A stretch of 64,000 nucleotides of DNA from Anaeromyxobacteraceae bacterium (GCA_047602405.1 JASGHJ010000001.1:1856001-1920000), one strand, 5' to 3'. Positions 27,114 through 36,609 are shown, counted from the stretch's first letter. Notes: generated by a model from the letters alone, not told the origin. A program made the numbers and translations.

Positions 27114-28073
27114 CTACTTCTTCTTCCCCGCCTGGCCGCCCTTCGCGGGCGGAGGCTGGACGTCCGGCATCTTCAGGTAGACCTCGAGCGCCTCGGCGCG
27201 CAGGTCGTCGAGCGCCGCGTCGTCGAGGCGCAGCAGCTTTCGCGCCTCGGCGATGAGCTCGGGCGGGTTCGCGTCCGGGGCGCCGGGCGTCGGCACCGGC
27301 GGCGAGCCGTCGTCCTCCTCGGGCCAGACCACCGGCGAGATGCCGGCGTCGAGCTCGAAGGCGAGGAGTTCCGAGACGATCAGCACCGCCACGAGCGGGG
27401 GCGCGCTCGGGCCGAGCCGGTGGTGGCGCGAGATGACGTCCAGGATCGGCGCGTGCAGCTTCCAGAGCTTGCCGACGAGGGCGGTCGCCTCCTCGTGGTA
27501 GGCGGCCACGGCGGGCGCCATGTCCTCGTACTGCAGCCGGTCGCCGGACGACTTGTTCTCGACGAGCGCGAGGATGCCTGCGGCGTAGCCGACGTCGTGG
27601 AGGAGCCCGCAGATGAACGCGTGCTCGGCGTCGACGGAGGTGCGCTTGCAGACGACGCGCGCGATCTGGGCGGTCACCGCGGAGTGGCGGCGCAGCCGCT
27701 CCATCGGCTCCTCGTAGCCCGGCACCCGGAAGACGCGGAGGTTCATCGCGGCCTCGAGCACGAGGTCGCGCAGGGTCTTCAGGCCGAGTCGCACCGCCGC
27801 CTGCTTGAGCGAGGTGACCTGGCTCATCCCGGCGTAGAGCGCGGACGATGCGGTGGAGAGCACCCGCGCCGCGAGGAGCGGGTCCTTCTCGAGCACCGTG
27901 ACCACCTCGTCGAAGGTGACCTTGGGGCGCTGCGAGAGCTCCATGATTTGGATGGCCACCGTCGGGAGGACCGGCGGGCGGTACTGGGGCGAGGCGAACA
28001 GGCCCTGCAGCCGCTCGACCAGCGTGTCCGAGATCTCGTGCTGCTCCAGCGTGACGGTCGAGGCGAAGGCCAA
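27114..28073 (-). CDS. HDOD domain protein
   Basis: PVLPTVA, DPLLAARVL, HS..TA, AFICGLLHDVG; TTG start with GGAGG RBS. Confidence 0.88.
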   Translation of the reverse strand: MAFASTVTLEQHEISDTLVERLQGLFASPQYRPPVLPTVAIQIMELSQRPKVTFDEVVTVLEKDPLLAARVLSTASSALYAGMSQVTSLKQAAVRLGLKTLRDLVLEAAMNLRVFRVPGYEEPMERLRRHSAVTAQIARVVCKRTSVDAEHAFICGLLHDVGYAAGILALVENKSSGDRLQYEDMAPAVAAYHEEATALVGKLWKLHAPILDVISRHHRLGPSAPPLVAVLIVSELLAFELDAGISPVVWPEEDDGSPPVPTPGAPDANPPELIAEARKLLRLDDAALDDLRAEALEVYLKMPDVQPPPAKGGQAGKKK

Positions 28074-28210
28074 GGCGATTCCTCCAGCCCGCCTGGATTG
28101 CGGCGTCCGTGCCAGCGGCGCGTCCGGCGGCGGAGTCGCAAGCGACCGGTCGCTCAGGAGGTTTTCGTGTCCGGCACCCGCGGGATGGGGCCCTGCTCGT
28201 GCCCCCCGGG

Positions 28211-29023
28211 TCACCAGCGGGAGGTCGCGGCGACCCCACCGGGTGGCAGGCGCGCCCACATCAGGATGCGCCGGAAGGTGAAGAGGAACGGGCGCTCGTC
28301 GGGGAGCTGCGCGAAGAGCCGCTCGCGGTAGCGCGCGAGGAAGCGGCCGAACGCGTCGGGCGTCAGCCGGGACTCGTAGGCGGTGAGCGTCGTGCCGCGG
28401 ACCCAGTCGACGACGTCCTCCCGCGACTCGAGCGGGTGGCTGTAGATCTCGGCGCGCACGCGCTGCTCGGCGAAGCCGAGCCGGTGGAGCACGCGGGCGT
28501 AGGCCTCGGGCGAGAGCACCGGCGAGATGCGCACGAACCCGCCGAGCGCGGCGGCGTGCTCGAGCTCGCGGGCGACCTCGCGGGCGGTGAGGTGCGACGG
28601 CTCGGCCTCGTTCGCCGGCAGCTGGAGGGCGAGCTGGCCGCCCGGGGCGAGCAGGGCGGCGAGCCGGCCGAGCAGCTGCTCGTGGTCGGGCGCCCAGTGG
28701 AGCGCCGCGTTCGAGAAGATCACGTCGAACGGGCCGGGGGGCGGCGCGGTCAGCTCACCCAGCGTGAACGTGAGGCCCGGGGCGGCGTGCGACGCGGCGC
28801 GCTCCAGCATGCGCGGCGAGCCGTCGAGCCCGACCGTCTCCCGGGCGCCCAGGCGCTCGTGCAGGAGCCGGGTCAGCTCGCCCGCTCCGCAGCCGAGATC
28901 GAGCACGCGCGGCGCCTTCGCGGGCGCGAGCAGGGCGGCGAGGTCGTGGAACGGCCGCGCCCGCTCGGAGCGGAATTTTCCATAAAGATCCGGGTTCCAG
29001 GCGTCAGCGGCCGGCACACCCAT
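28211..29023 (-). CDS. tam: trans-aconitate 2-methyltransferase-like SAM methyltransferase
   Basis: WNPDLY.KF..ER.RPF.DL, DLGCGAG, SNAALHW. Confidence 0.85.
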   Translation of the reverse strand: MGVPAADAWNPDLYGKFRSERARPFHDLAALLAPAKAPRVLDLGCGAGELTRLLHERLGARETVGLDGSPRMLERAASHAAPGLTFTLGELTAPPPGPFDVIFSNAALHWAPDHEQLLGRLAALLAPGGQLALQLPANEAEPSHLTAREVARELEHAAALGGFVRISPVLSPEAYARVLHRLGFAEQRVRAEIYSHPLESREDVVDWVRGTTLTAYESRLTPDAFGRFLARYRERLFAQLPDERPFLFTFRRILMWARLPPGGVAATSRW

Positions 29024-29095
29024 GGTGGTTGACCTCCTGCCCTGGATCAGGGGAATCTCCCGCCCTCGCTTCCCATTCATAAACCCCGGAGTCCC

Positions 29096-30148
29096 ATGAA
29101 CACCCGTTTTCTCACCGTCGCCGCGCTCCTCGCGCTCGCCGCCTGCAAGTCGCAGGCGGGCGCCCCCGCCGGGGCGCAGCCCGCGCAGGTCGACCCCAAG
29201 GCCGCCGCCGCCAAGTTCGACGGCGTGACGATCACCAACGCGGAGGTCGACGAGCACGCGAAGGACGGCCTCAAGAAGATGGATTTCGACTACCTGAAGG
29301 GGCGCCACGAGCTCCGCCGGCAGTCGCTCGACGACCTCATCATCCGCAAGATCCTCGCGAAGAAGATCGGCAAGGCCGAGGTCACCGACCAGGATCTGCA
29401 GGAGTTCCTCGGCAAGGAGGTCGCGAAGCGGACCCCGGAGCCGACGGACGTCGAGATCCAGGCCGTCTACGACCAGGCGAAGGCTTCCGGCCGTCAGGTC
29501 CCGCCGCTCGACGCGGCGGTGAAGGCGCAGATCGCGCAGGGCCTCAAGGGCCGCCGCATGCAGTCCGAGGCCGACGCGTACATGGCCGACCTGAAGAAGG
29601 ACGCCAAGGTCGAGGTCCTCATCCCGGCGTTCACGATGCCGGTCAAGGTCGACGGCGGCATGGAGAAGGGCTCGAAGAGCGCGAAGGTCACCATCGTCGA
29701 GTTCTCCGACTTCGAGTGCCCGTACTGCGCCCAGGCCGAGCCGACCGTGAAGCAGATCCTCGGCGCCTACGGCGACAAGGTCCGCCTCGTCTACATGGAC
29801 TTCCCGCTCGAGTTCCACAAGCGCGCGCCGAAGGCCTCCGAGGCCGCGCACTGCGCCGGCGACCAGTCGAAGTACTGGGAGATGCACGAGCGCCTCTTCT
29901 CGTCGCGCAAGATCGACATCGCCGATCTCAAGGCGCACGCGAAGGACCTCGGCCTCGACACGGCGAAGTTCGACAAGTGCCTCGACTCCGGCGAGAAGGC
30001 CAAGGTCGTCGACGCGTTCAAGAAGCAGGGCGAGGAGAACGGCGTCTCGTCGACCCCGGCCTTCTTCATCAACGGCCGCCCGGTCGCCGGCGCGCTCCCG
30101 TTCGAGGAGTTCAAGAAGATCATCGACGAGGAGCTGGCGAAGTCCTAG
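29096..30148 (+). CDS. DsbA-like thioredoxin-fold lipoprotein
   Basis: Lipobox LAAC; EFSDFECPYC, GVSSTP cis-Pro. Confidence 0.9.
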   Translation: MNTRFLTVAALLALAACKSQAGAPAGAQPAQVDPKAAAAKFDGVTITNAEVDEHAKDGLKKMDFDYLKGRHELRRQSLDDLIIRKILAKKIGKAEVTDQDLQEFLGKEVAKRTPEPTDVEIQAVYDQAKASGRQVPPLDAAVKAQIAQGLKGRRMQSEADAYMADLKKDAKVEVLIPAFTMPVKVDGGMEKGSKSAKVTIVEFSDFECPYCAQAEPTVKQILGAYGDKVRLVYMDFPLEFHKRAPKASEAAHCAGDQSKYWEMHERLFSSRKIDIADLKAHAKDLGLDTAKFDKCLDSGEKAKVVDAFKKQGEENGVSSTPAFFINGRPVAGALPFEEFKKIIDEELAKS

Positions 30149-30154
30149 CTCCGC

Positions 30155-30204
30155 CGTGCCTCGTCTCCGGCGCGCATTCGCGCGCCTACGCTCGGCACGA
30201 ACGG
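30155..30204 (+). repeat. palindromic REP-like element (family A)
   Basis: CGTGCC TCGTCTCC GGCGCGC ATTC GCGCGCC TACGCTC GGCACG AACGG. Confidence 0.85.
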
Positions 30205-30295
30205 TTGGGGTAGGGATTGCGCGGACGGCGGCAGGGCCCTAGAACAGGCCCGGCCGCCGTTCGTTTTTTCCGAGGCCGGTGAGAGGTCGATCGCG

Positions 30296-31414
30296 ATGGG
30301 TGCATACGGGCAGGGTGCGTCGGCGAGCCTGGGCGAGCGCAGGAAGACCCGGGGCCTCAAGGTCGGGAACGTGCCGATCGGCGGGGGTGCCCCGATCGCC
30401 GTCCAGTCGATGACGACGACCGAGACGTCCGACGCCGCGGCCACGCTCGGGCAGATCCGCGCGCTCGCCGAGGCGGGCGCCGACATCGTGCGGCTCGCGG
30501 TGCCGGACAAGGACGCCGCGGCCGCGCTGCCGGCGATCGTGAAGGCGACGCCCATCCCGCTCGTCGCGGACATCCACTTCGACTACCGCCTCGCCCTCGC
30601 CGCCCTCGACGCCGGCATGCACGCCATCCGGCTCAACCCCGGCAACATCGGCTCCCGCGAGCGCGTGCGCGAGGTGGTGAAGGCCGCCTCGGCGCGCCAG
30701 GTGCCCATTCGCATCGGCGTGAACGCGGGCTCCCTCGAGGAGGACATCGTCGAGAAGCACGGCTGGCCCACCGCCGCGGGCATGGTCGAGAGCGCCGAGC
30801 GGCACATCAAGTTCCTCGAGGACGAGGGCTACCGGGAGATCAAGGTCTCCCTGAAGGCGCACGACGTCGCGATGACGGTGCAGGCGAACCGGCTCTTCGC
30901 CGAGCGCTTCGACTACCCGCTGCACCTCGGCGTCACCGAGGCGGGCACGCTGCTCGCCGGCACGGTGAAGTCGAGCGCCGGCCTCGGCATCCTGCTCGCT
31001 GAGGGCATCGGCGACACCATCCGCATCTCCCTCACCGCCGATCCGGTCGAGGAGGTGCGCGTCGCGCGGCTCCTCCTCAAGTCGCTCGGCCTCAAGTTCG
31101 GCGGCGCGACGATGACCTCCTGCCCGACCTGCGGCCGCTGCTCGGTCGCCATGATCCCGATCGCCGAGCGCGTCGAGAAGCGGCTCTCGCACCTGAAGGG
31201 CGAGGTGGCGGTCGCGGTGATGGGCTGCGAGGTGAACGGGCCCGGCGAGGCCTCCGCCGCCGACGTCGGCGTCGCCTACGGCCACAACGGCGTGGGCCTG
31301 CTCTTCAAGGACGGCAAGATCGTGAAGCGGATGAAGGCGGAGGAGCTCGAGGAGGCCGTGGTCTCCGAGGCGATCGCCATCTCCGAGTCGCGCGCGGCGA
31401 AGCCCGGCGCGTAG
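30296..31414 (+). CDS. ispG: 4-hydroxy-3-methylbut-2-en-1-yl diphosphate synthase
   Basis: VQSMT, ADIHFD, RLNPGNIG, CPTCGR, MGCEVNGPGEA. Confidence 0.97.
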   Translation: MGAYGQGASASLGERRKTRGLKVGNVPIGGGAPIAVQSMTTTETSDAAATLGQIRALAEAGADIVRLAVPDKDAAAALPAIVKATPIPLVADIHFDYRLALAALDAGMHAIRLNPGNIGSRERVREVVKAASARQVPIRIGVNAGSLEEDIVEKHGWPTAAGMVESAERHIKFLEDEGYREIKVSLKAHDVAMTVQANRLFAERFDYPLHLGVTEAGTLLAGTVKSSAGLGILLAEGIGDTIRISLTADPVEEVRVARLLLKSLGLKFGGATMTSCPTCGRCSVAMIPIAERVEKRLSHLKGEVAVAVMGCEVNGPGEASAADVGVAYGHNGVGLLFKDGKIVKRMKAEELEEAVVSEAIAISESRAAKPGA

Positions 31415-31524
31415 GCCGCCGCCTCCGGACGGTACGTCCGCGCGCGTCAGGCCGTCCCCGAGGCCCCAAGGGGCGCACCCCTCCGCCGGAGGCGCGCGGG
31501 GCGCCGCTGCGGAATAACCGCGCC

Positions 31525-31965
31525 ATGGGACTCCTCGACGATCTCGGCAAGGTGGTGGGCGCGGTGACGGGGCAGGCGGCCGGCACGGGTGCGCCGGCGC
31601 AGGGCCTCCCGGCGGCGCTCGGCGGCGTGAACCCGCAGCTCGTGTCGGCGGTGATCGGCATGCTCGGCAACGGCGGGCTGCAGAGCATCCTCGGCGCGCT
31701 CCAGCAGAAGGGGCTCGGGAGCGTGGTCGGCTCCTGGGTCGGCACCGGTCAGAACCTGCCCGTGAACCCGACCGACCTCGCGCACGCGCTCGGCGCCGAC
31801 CGCATGGGCCAGCTCGCGCAGGCGACCGGCCTCGGGCACGGCGACCTCGCCGGGCAGCTGTCGAACCTCCTGCCGGGCCTCGTCGATCACCTGACGCCGC
31901 AGGGCGGCGTGCCCGACCACTCGGCGCTCGAGCTGGGCCTCGGCGCGCTCAGGAAGTTCCTCTAG
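31525..31965 (+). CDS. YidB/DUF937 family protein
   Basis: GLG..VGSWVGTGQNLPV, LP.LVDHLTPQG. Confidence 0.85.
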   Translation: MGLLDDLGKVVGAVTGQAAGTGAPAQGLPAALGGVNPQLVSAVIGMLGNGGLQSILGALQQKGLGSVVGSWVGTGQNLPVNPTDLAHALGADRMGQLAQATGLGHGDLAGQLSNLLPGLVDHLTPQGGVPDHSALELGLGALRKFL

Positions 31966-32080
31966 CCACTCCCCCCGGCGGCGGGCTTCAGAATATCGGG
32001 CGACCGCCGTCCGTCCCCGGTGCGCGCCTCACCACGCGCCCGGGCGGCTCGCCCGGCACACACGAAAGGACTCCATCCCC

Positions 32081-32479
32081 ATGAAGCTCGCCACCATGTT
32101 CGCCGCCGCCTCCATGTTCGCGTTCACCGGGCCCGCGCTCGCCGACGACAAGCCGGCCGACGCCGCCGCCAAGGAGGTCAAGGAGGCGAAGGAGAAGGCC
32201 GACGAGGGCGCGAAGAAGGCCCACGAGCACCACAAGGAGATGAAGGGCAAGGCCGAGCACCACGAGAAGGAGATGAAGGAGCACGCGGCCGAGGCGAAGG
32301 AGAAGGGCGAGGGCCACGCCGAGCACGGCAAGGCGAAGGGCAAGGAGAAGGCCGAGAAGATGAAGAAGCACGGGAAGGCGATGTCGAAGGAGGCGAAGGA
32401 GAGGGCCGAGAAGGCCCCCGCCGCCGCCCCGGCCCCCGCCGCGCCCGCGACGCCCGCCGCCCCCGCGCCGGCGAAGTAG
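32081..32479 (+). CDS. secreted low-complexity Lys/Glu/Ala/His-rich protein
   Basis: Signal peptide ending ALA-D; HHKEMK/HHEKEMK repeats; Pro/Ala tail. Confidence 0.75.
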   Translation: MKLATMFAAASMFAFTGPALADDKPADAAAKEVKEAKEKADEGAKKAHEHHKEMKGKAEHHEKEMKEHAAEAKEKGEGHAEHGKAKGKEKAEKMKKHGKAMSKEAKERAEKAPAAAPAPAAPATPAAPAPAK

Positions 32480-32617
32480 CCCCCGGTCGAGGCCCGCCCC
32501 GTCCCGTCCTCGGACGGGCCGCGACGGACGGAGCCTTGCCGTGCACCGCGCCCGCCCGGCGAACGTCCGGGCGGGCGCATTCCTTTCCGCGCGCCGCGTG
32601 CACACCTTGCCGGTGCC

Positions 32618-33304
32618 GTGGATCTCCGCGCCGAGTTCGCCCTCCACCTCCTCGCCGCCCTCGGCGCCGGCGCCGGGATCGGGCTCGAGCGCAGCATCCA
32701 CGGCCGCCCGGCGGGGTTCCGCACCCACGCGCTGGTCTGCATGGCGGGCTGCCTGCTCATGCTGCTCGCGGTGCACGAGGCCGACTGGTTCCCGCGCGCC
32801 GGGGACTCGGTCCGCGTCGACCCGACCCGCATGGCGCAGGGGATCATGACCGGCATCGGCTTCCTCGGCGCCGGCGTCATCTTCAAGGAGGGGCTCTCGG
32901 TCCGGGGGCTCACCACCGCCGCCTCCATCTGGATCACCTCGGCCATCGGCGTCGTCATGGGGGCCGGGCTCTTCGTCGAGGGCGCGCTGGCCGCGCTCGC
33001 GACGCTGGGCGTCCTCTCCGGCTTCCGCTGGATCGAGGAGGCGGTGCCCGCGCAGCAGTACGCCCACCACCGCGTGCGCTTCGACCGCGAGGACGTGCTG
33101 GCCGAGCCCGCGCTCCTCGAGCTCCTGCGCGGGCAGGGCTTCGACGTGTTCGGCGTGTCGTACCGGCTCACCGACGAGGGGAAGCGGTTCGAGTACCGGA
33201 TGACCATCCGCACGAGCGACGCGCGCAACTACGCGCGCCTCGCCCAGGCGCTCTCCGGCCTCACGCAGGTGCGGGAGTTCCACATCTCGCCCGCGGGCGC
33301 GTGA
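32618..33304 (+). CDS. MgtC/SapB family membrane protein
   Basis: IGLER, AGFRTH, GIGFLGAG, GLTTAASIW. Confidence 0.92.
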   Translation: MDLRAEFALHLLAALGAGAGIGLERSIHGRPAGFRTHALVCMAGCLLMLLAVHEADWFPRAGDSVRVDPTRMAQGIMTGIGFLGAGVIFKEGLSVRGLTTAASIWITSAIGVVMGAGLFVEGALAALATLGVLSGFRWIEEAVPAQQYAHHRVRFDREDVLAEPALLELLRGQGFDVFGVSYRLTDEGKRFEYRMTIRTSDARNYARLAQALSGLTQVREFHISPAGA

Positions 33305-33345
33305 CCGCGGCGCGAGCGGGGCGGTTGCGCTAAGGTTCCCGCTCC

Positions 33346-34368
33346 ATGACGCCTCGCTTCCGTCCCCGCCGCCCGCTCGGCCGCACCGGCTTCGTCGCCA
33401 CCGTCATCGGCCAGGGAGACCTCGCCGACCGCGCCGTGCCGCGCGAGCGCTGCGTCGCGACCCTGCGCCGCGCGCTCGACGCCGGCGTGAACGTGCTCGA
33501 CACCGCCCCGATGTACGAGGACGGGTACTCGGAGGAGCTCGTGGGGGAGGCGGTGCGGGGCCTCGTCGGCGCGGGCGGCCGCCGCGAGGACGTGTTCGTG
33601 GTGGACAAGCTCGACGTGCTCGACGCGCCGGTCGCGCCGCAGCTCGACGCGAGCCTCGCGCGGCTCGGGCTGCCCGGCGTCGACCTCGCCGCCTTCCACG
33701 CCGTGAAGAAGCTCGCGCAGTGGGAGGCGCTCGCGGCGAAGGGCGGCGGGCTCGACCAGCTCGAGGCGGAGGTGCGGCGCGGCCGGGTGCGCTTCCGCGG
33801 CATCTCGAGCCACGATCCGGACGTGCTCGCCGCCGCGCTAGACGACGGCCGCTGCGACGTCCTCATGTTCCCGGTCGGCCTGTACGTGGCGCGCCGGTAC
33901 GTGACCGAGATCCTCCCGCGCGCCCGCGCCGCCGGCGTCGGCACGATCTGCTTCAAGACCTTCGGCGCGGGGAAGCTCCTCGGCGACACCGAGGGCTACG
34001 GGCGGCCGCTCGCGAGCCGCCCGCGCGGGAAGGTGAGCTCAGGCGGGGGTGGGGCCCCGACGAGCTCTGCTCGGCGGGGCGGGGGTTCTACCCCCGGAGA
34101 TGCAGCCGGGGAGGACGCGGCGAGCCCGACGCTCCCCCGCCTCGACGTCGCCACGTGCGTCCGCTACACGCTCACCGTCGATCCGGACGTGGCGCTGCTG
34201 GGCCTCTCGTTCGCGAACGAGCAGGACGCGGCGTGGGCGGCCGTCGAGGCGTTCACGCCCATGGGCGAGGACGAGCAGCGGGCCGCCCGCCTCGCCGCCT
34301 GGGAGGCCGCGAAGGACAAGGGGGAGATCTGGTGGAACCCGCCTCCGCAGATCCCGGGCCGTACCTAG
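33346..34368 (+). CDS. aldo/keto reductase
   Basis: RRPLGRTG, DTAPMY..G.SEE.VG, GRVRFRGISSH. Confidence 0.85.
   Translation: MTPRFRPRRPLGRTGFVATVIGQGDLADRAVPRERCVATLRRALDAGVNVLDTAPMYEDGYSEELVGEAVRGLVGAGGRREDVFVVDKLDVLDAPVAPQLDASLARLGLPGVDLAAFHAVKKLAQWEALAAKGGGLDQLEAEVRRGRVRFRGISSHDPDVLAAALDDGRCDVLMFPVGLYVARRYVTEILPRARAAGVGTICFKTFGAGKLLGDTEGYGRPLASRPRGKVSSGGGGAPTSSARRGGGSTPGDAAGEDAASPTLPRLDVATCVRYTLTVDPDVALLGLSFANEQDAAWAAVEAFTPMGEDEQRAARLAAWEAAKDKGEIWWNPPPQIPGRT
34044..34096. repeat. palindromic element (family B) in frame within the aldo/keto reductase
   Basis: GCCCCGACGAGC TCT GCTCGGCGGGGC hairpin plus GGGGG TTCTA CCCCC hairpin. Confidence 0.55.
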
Positions 34369-34404
34369 ATTCGCCCCACGCGAACTTTCCGCGGGAGGCG
34401 AGCC

Positions 34405-34830
34405 ATGACGGTCGGCGAGGCGATGACGAGGAACCCGGTGTCGTGCCCGGTGGAGGCCAAGCTGGGTGACGTCGCGAAGCAGATGGTGGAGCACGACTGC
34501 GGGGCGATCCCGATCGTCGAGGGCGGCCGCGCGATCGGTATCGTGACCGACCGCGACATCGTCGTCCGGGCGGTGGCGCAGGGGCGCAACCCGCTCGAGT
34601 GCACGGCGAGGGACGCGATGACCGAGGGCGTCCTCACGGTGCGCGAGGAGCAGGACCTCGAGGAGGCCGCCGAGCAGATGCAGGCGCAGCAGGTCCGGCG
34701 CGCGGTGGTGGTCGACGCGCAGGGGAAGATCTGCGGCATGCTCGCGCAGGCCGACATCGCCGAGGAGGACGAGGACCTCGCGGGCGAGATGGTCCAGGGC
34801 GTGTCGCAGGGGCCCGGGCTCCAGCACTGA
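34405..34830 (+). CDS. CBS domain pair protein
   Basis: MTRNP, DCGAIPIV, GIVTDRDIVVR, QVRR; GGAGG RBS. Confidence 0.92.
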   Translation: MTVGEAMTRNPVSCPVEAKLGDVAKQMVEHDCGAIPIVEGGRAIGIVTDRDIVVRAVAQGRNPLECTARDAMTEGVLTVREEQDLEEAAEQMQAQQVRRAVVVDAQGKICGMLAQADIAEEDEDLAGEMVQGVSQGPGLQH

Positions 34831-34841
34831 CTTCGTCGAGC

Positions 34842-34880
34842 GCTCCGTTCGTCCTGAGCATGTCGAAGGACGGACGGAGC
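34842..34880 (-). repeat. short REP-like element lacking the inner hairpin, within a longer terminator-like stem
   Basis: Reverse strand reads CGTCCT TCGACAT GCTC AGGACG AACGG. Confidence 0.65.
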
Positions 34881-34934
34881 ACCCGAAAGCGAACGCGGCG
34901 TCCGGGGGCCCGCCCGGTTATCCTGGCGGGCACC

Positions 34935-35916
34935 ATGAACGAAGCCGAACGCAGCGCCACGCTCGCCATCTGCCTGCTCGCGGCCCGGGCCGACGGCAAG
35001 ACCGACGACCGGGAGCGCGCGCAGCTCGCCGCGATCTCGGAGACGGTCGCCGCCGGGGCCGACCTCGCCCGGGCGCACGCGCTCGCGCGCGCGTACAACG
35101 AGGTCCTGCTCGGGAAGGTCACGCTCGAGAAGGCCGCCGCCGCGCTCACGACGCCGGAGGTGAAGCAGCTCGCCTTCGAGCTCGCGGTGGTGATCTGCGA
35201 CGCAGACGGCGTGCGCGTCCCGGAGGAACGGCAGTTCCTCGAGCGGCTCCGCGGCGCGCTCGGGCTCGAGCTCGCCGCGACCGAGCGGTTCGCGCAGTCC
35301 GCGGACGCGCTCGCCACGGTGCCGGCGGTCCCGCTGCAGGCCGGGCCGGCCACGGCGGTCGCCCCCGCCTCGCCGGCGGTGGACCCGGCCGCGCTCGACG
35401 AGAAGATCCGCAACTACGCCGTGCTGAACGGTGCGCTCGAGCTGCTCCCCGACTCGCTCGCCACCATGGCGATCGTGCCGCTGCAGCTCAAGATGGTCTA
35501 CGAGCTCGGCAAGGCGCACGGCTACGAGCTCGACCAGGGCCACATCCGCGACTTCATCGCCACCGCGGGCGTCGGCCTCGGCGCGCAGTACGTCGAGCAG
35601 ATCGGCCGGAAGCTCGTCGGCGGGCTCCTCGGGAAGCTCGCGGGCGACCTCGTGGGCGGGCTCGCCGGGCAGGCGCTCGAGTCGGGCGTCTCGTTCGCGA
35701 CGACCTACGCGCTCGGCCAGCTCGCGCGCCGGTACTACGCCGCCGGGCGCAACATGACCCCCGAGCTCCTCCGCGAGACGTACCAGGGGCTGCTCGCCGA
35801 GGCGCAGGCGCTCCGGGGGAAGCTCGCCGGCCAGATCGAGGACCGCGCCCGCGGCATCGATCCCCTCCCGCATCGGCGAGCTCGTCCGCGCAGCTGGGCA
35901 GTCGCGGCCCGCGTAG
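34935..35916 (+). CDS. TerB-like plus DUF697/YcjF-like protein, apparent +1 frameshift at ~35862
   Basis: AARADG...ER, CDADG...E..FL TerB motifs; removing one C gives IDPSRIGELVRAAGQSRPA-stop. Confidence 0.7.
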
Positions 35917-35936
35917 CCCATGCGCGAGGAGGGCGC

Positions 35937-36530
35937 GTGCTGCTCTTCCAGAAGCGCTTCCACGCCGGGCTCGTCGACGGCTCGGTCGAGCTGACCTTCC
36001 GGCGCTGGGACCGCCCGCACGTGAAGCCGGGGGGGCGCTACCGCGTGCACCCGATCGGCGTCGTGGAGGTGGACGCGCTCGAGGAGGTGCCCTTCGGCGC
36101 GGTCGGCGAGGCCGACGCGCGGCGCGCGGGCTTCACGGGGCTCGCCGAGCTCCGCGCGTTCCTCGCCGAGCTCGGCCCGCTGCGCGCCACGACCCGCGTC
36201 TGGAAGGTCGCCCTCCACCACGCCGGCCAGGACGACCGGGTGCCGCTCGCGCTCGAGGCCGAGCTCACCGACGCGGACGTCGACGCGATCGCTGCCCGGC
36301 TCGCGAAGCTCGACGGCCGGGGCGCCTGGACCCGCGAGACCCTCGCCCTGATCCGCAAGCACCCGCAGACCGCCGCCTCGCGCCTCGCCGCGAAGCTCGG
36401 CAGGGAGACGCTCCCGTTCAAGGTGGACGTCCGCAAGCTCAAGCGGCTCGGCCTCACCATGAGCTTCGAGGTCGGCTACGAGCTCTCGCCTCGCGGGAAG
36501 GCGTTCCTCGCGCGGCGGAAGCGGTGGTGA
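35937..36530 (+). CDS. ASCH/PUA-like domain protein with C-terminal winged-HTH-like segment
   Basis: GAGGAGG RBS; G.V.LTFRRW.RP.VK.G, DARRAGF, FKVDVRKLKRLGLT.S.EVGYELSPRG. Confidence 0.7.
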   Translation: MLLFQKRFHAGLVDGSVELTFRRWDRPHVKPGGRYRVHPIGVVEVDALEEVPFGAVGEADARRAGFTGLAELRAFLAELGPLRATTRVWKVALHHAGQDDRVPLALEAELTDADVDAIAARLAKLDGRGAWTRETLALIRKHPQTAASRLAAKLGRETLPFKVDVRKLKRLGLTMSFEVGYELSPRGKAFLARRKRW

Positions 36531-36531
36531 G

Positions 36532-36580
36532 CGCCCCTCGTCTCCGGGCCGCTGCGCGGCCCTACGCTCGGGGCGAACGG
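36532..36580 (+). repeat. palindromic REP-like element (family A)
   Basis: CGCCCC TCGTCTCC GGGCCGC TGC GCGGCCC TACGCTC GGGGCG AACGG. Confidence 0.9.
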
Positions 36581-36609
36581 TCGAGAGGAACGCGGAACAC
36601 CGGCGGGCG

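Noticed and set aside
34599..36530. 643-aa TerB-ASCH fusion ORF
   Set aside because: Produced by the extra C at ~35862; the downstream gene has its own GAGGAGG RBS and GTG at 35937.
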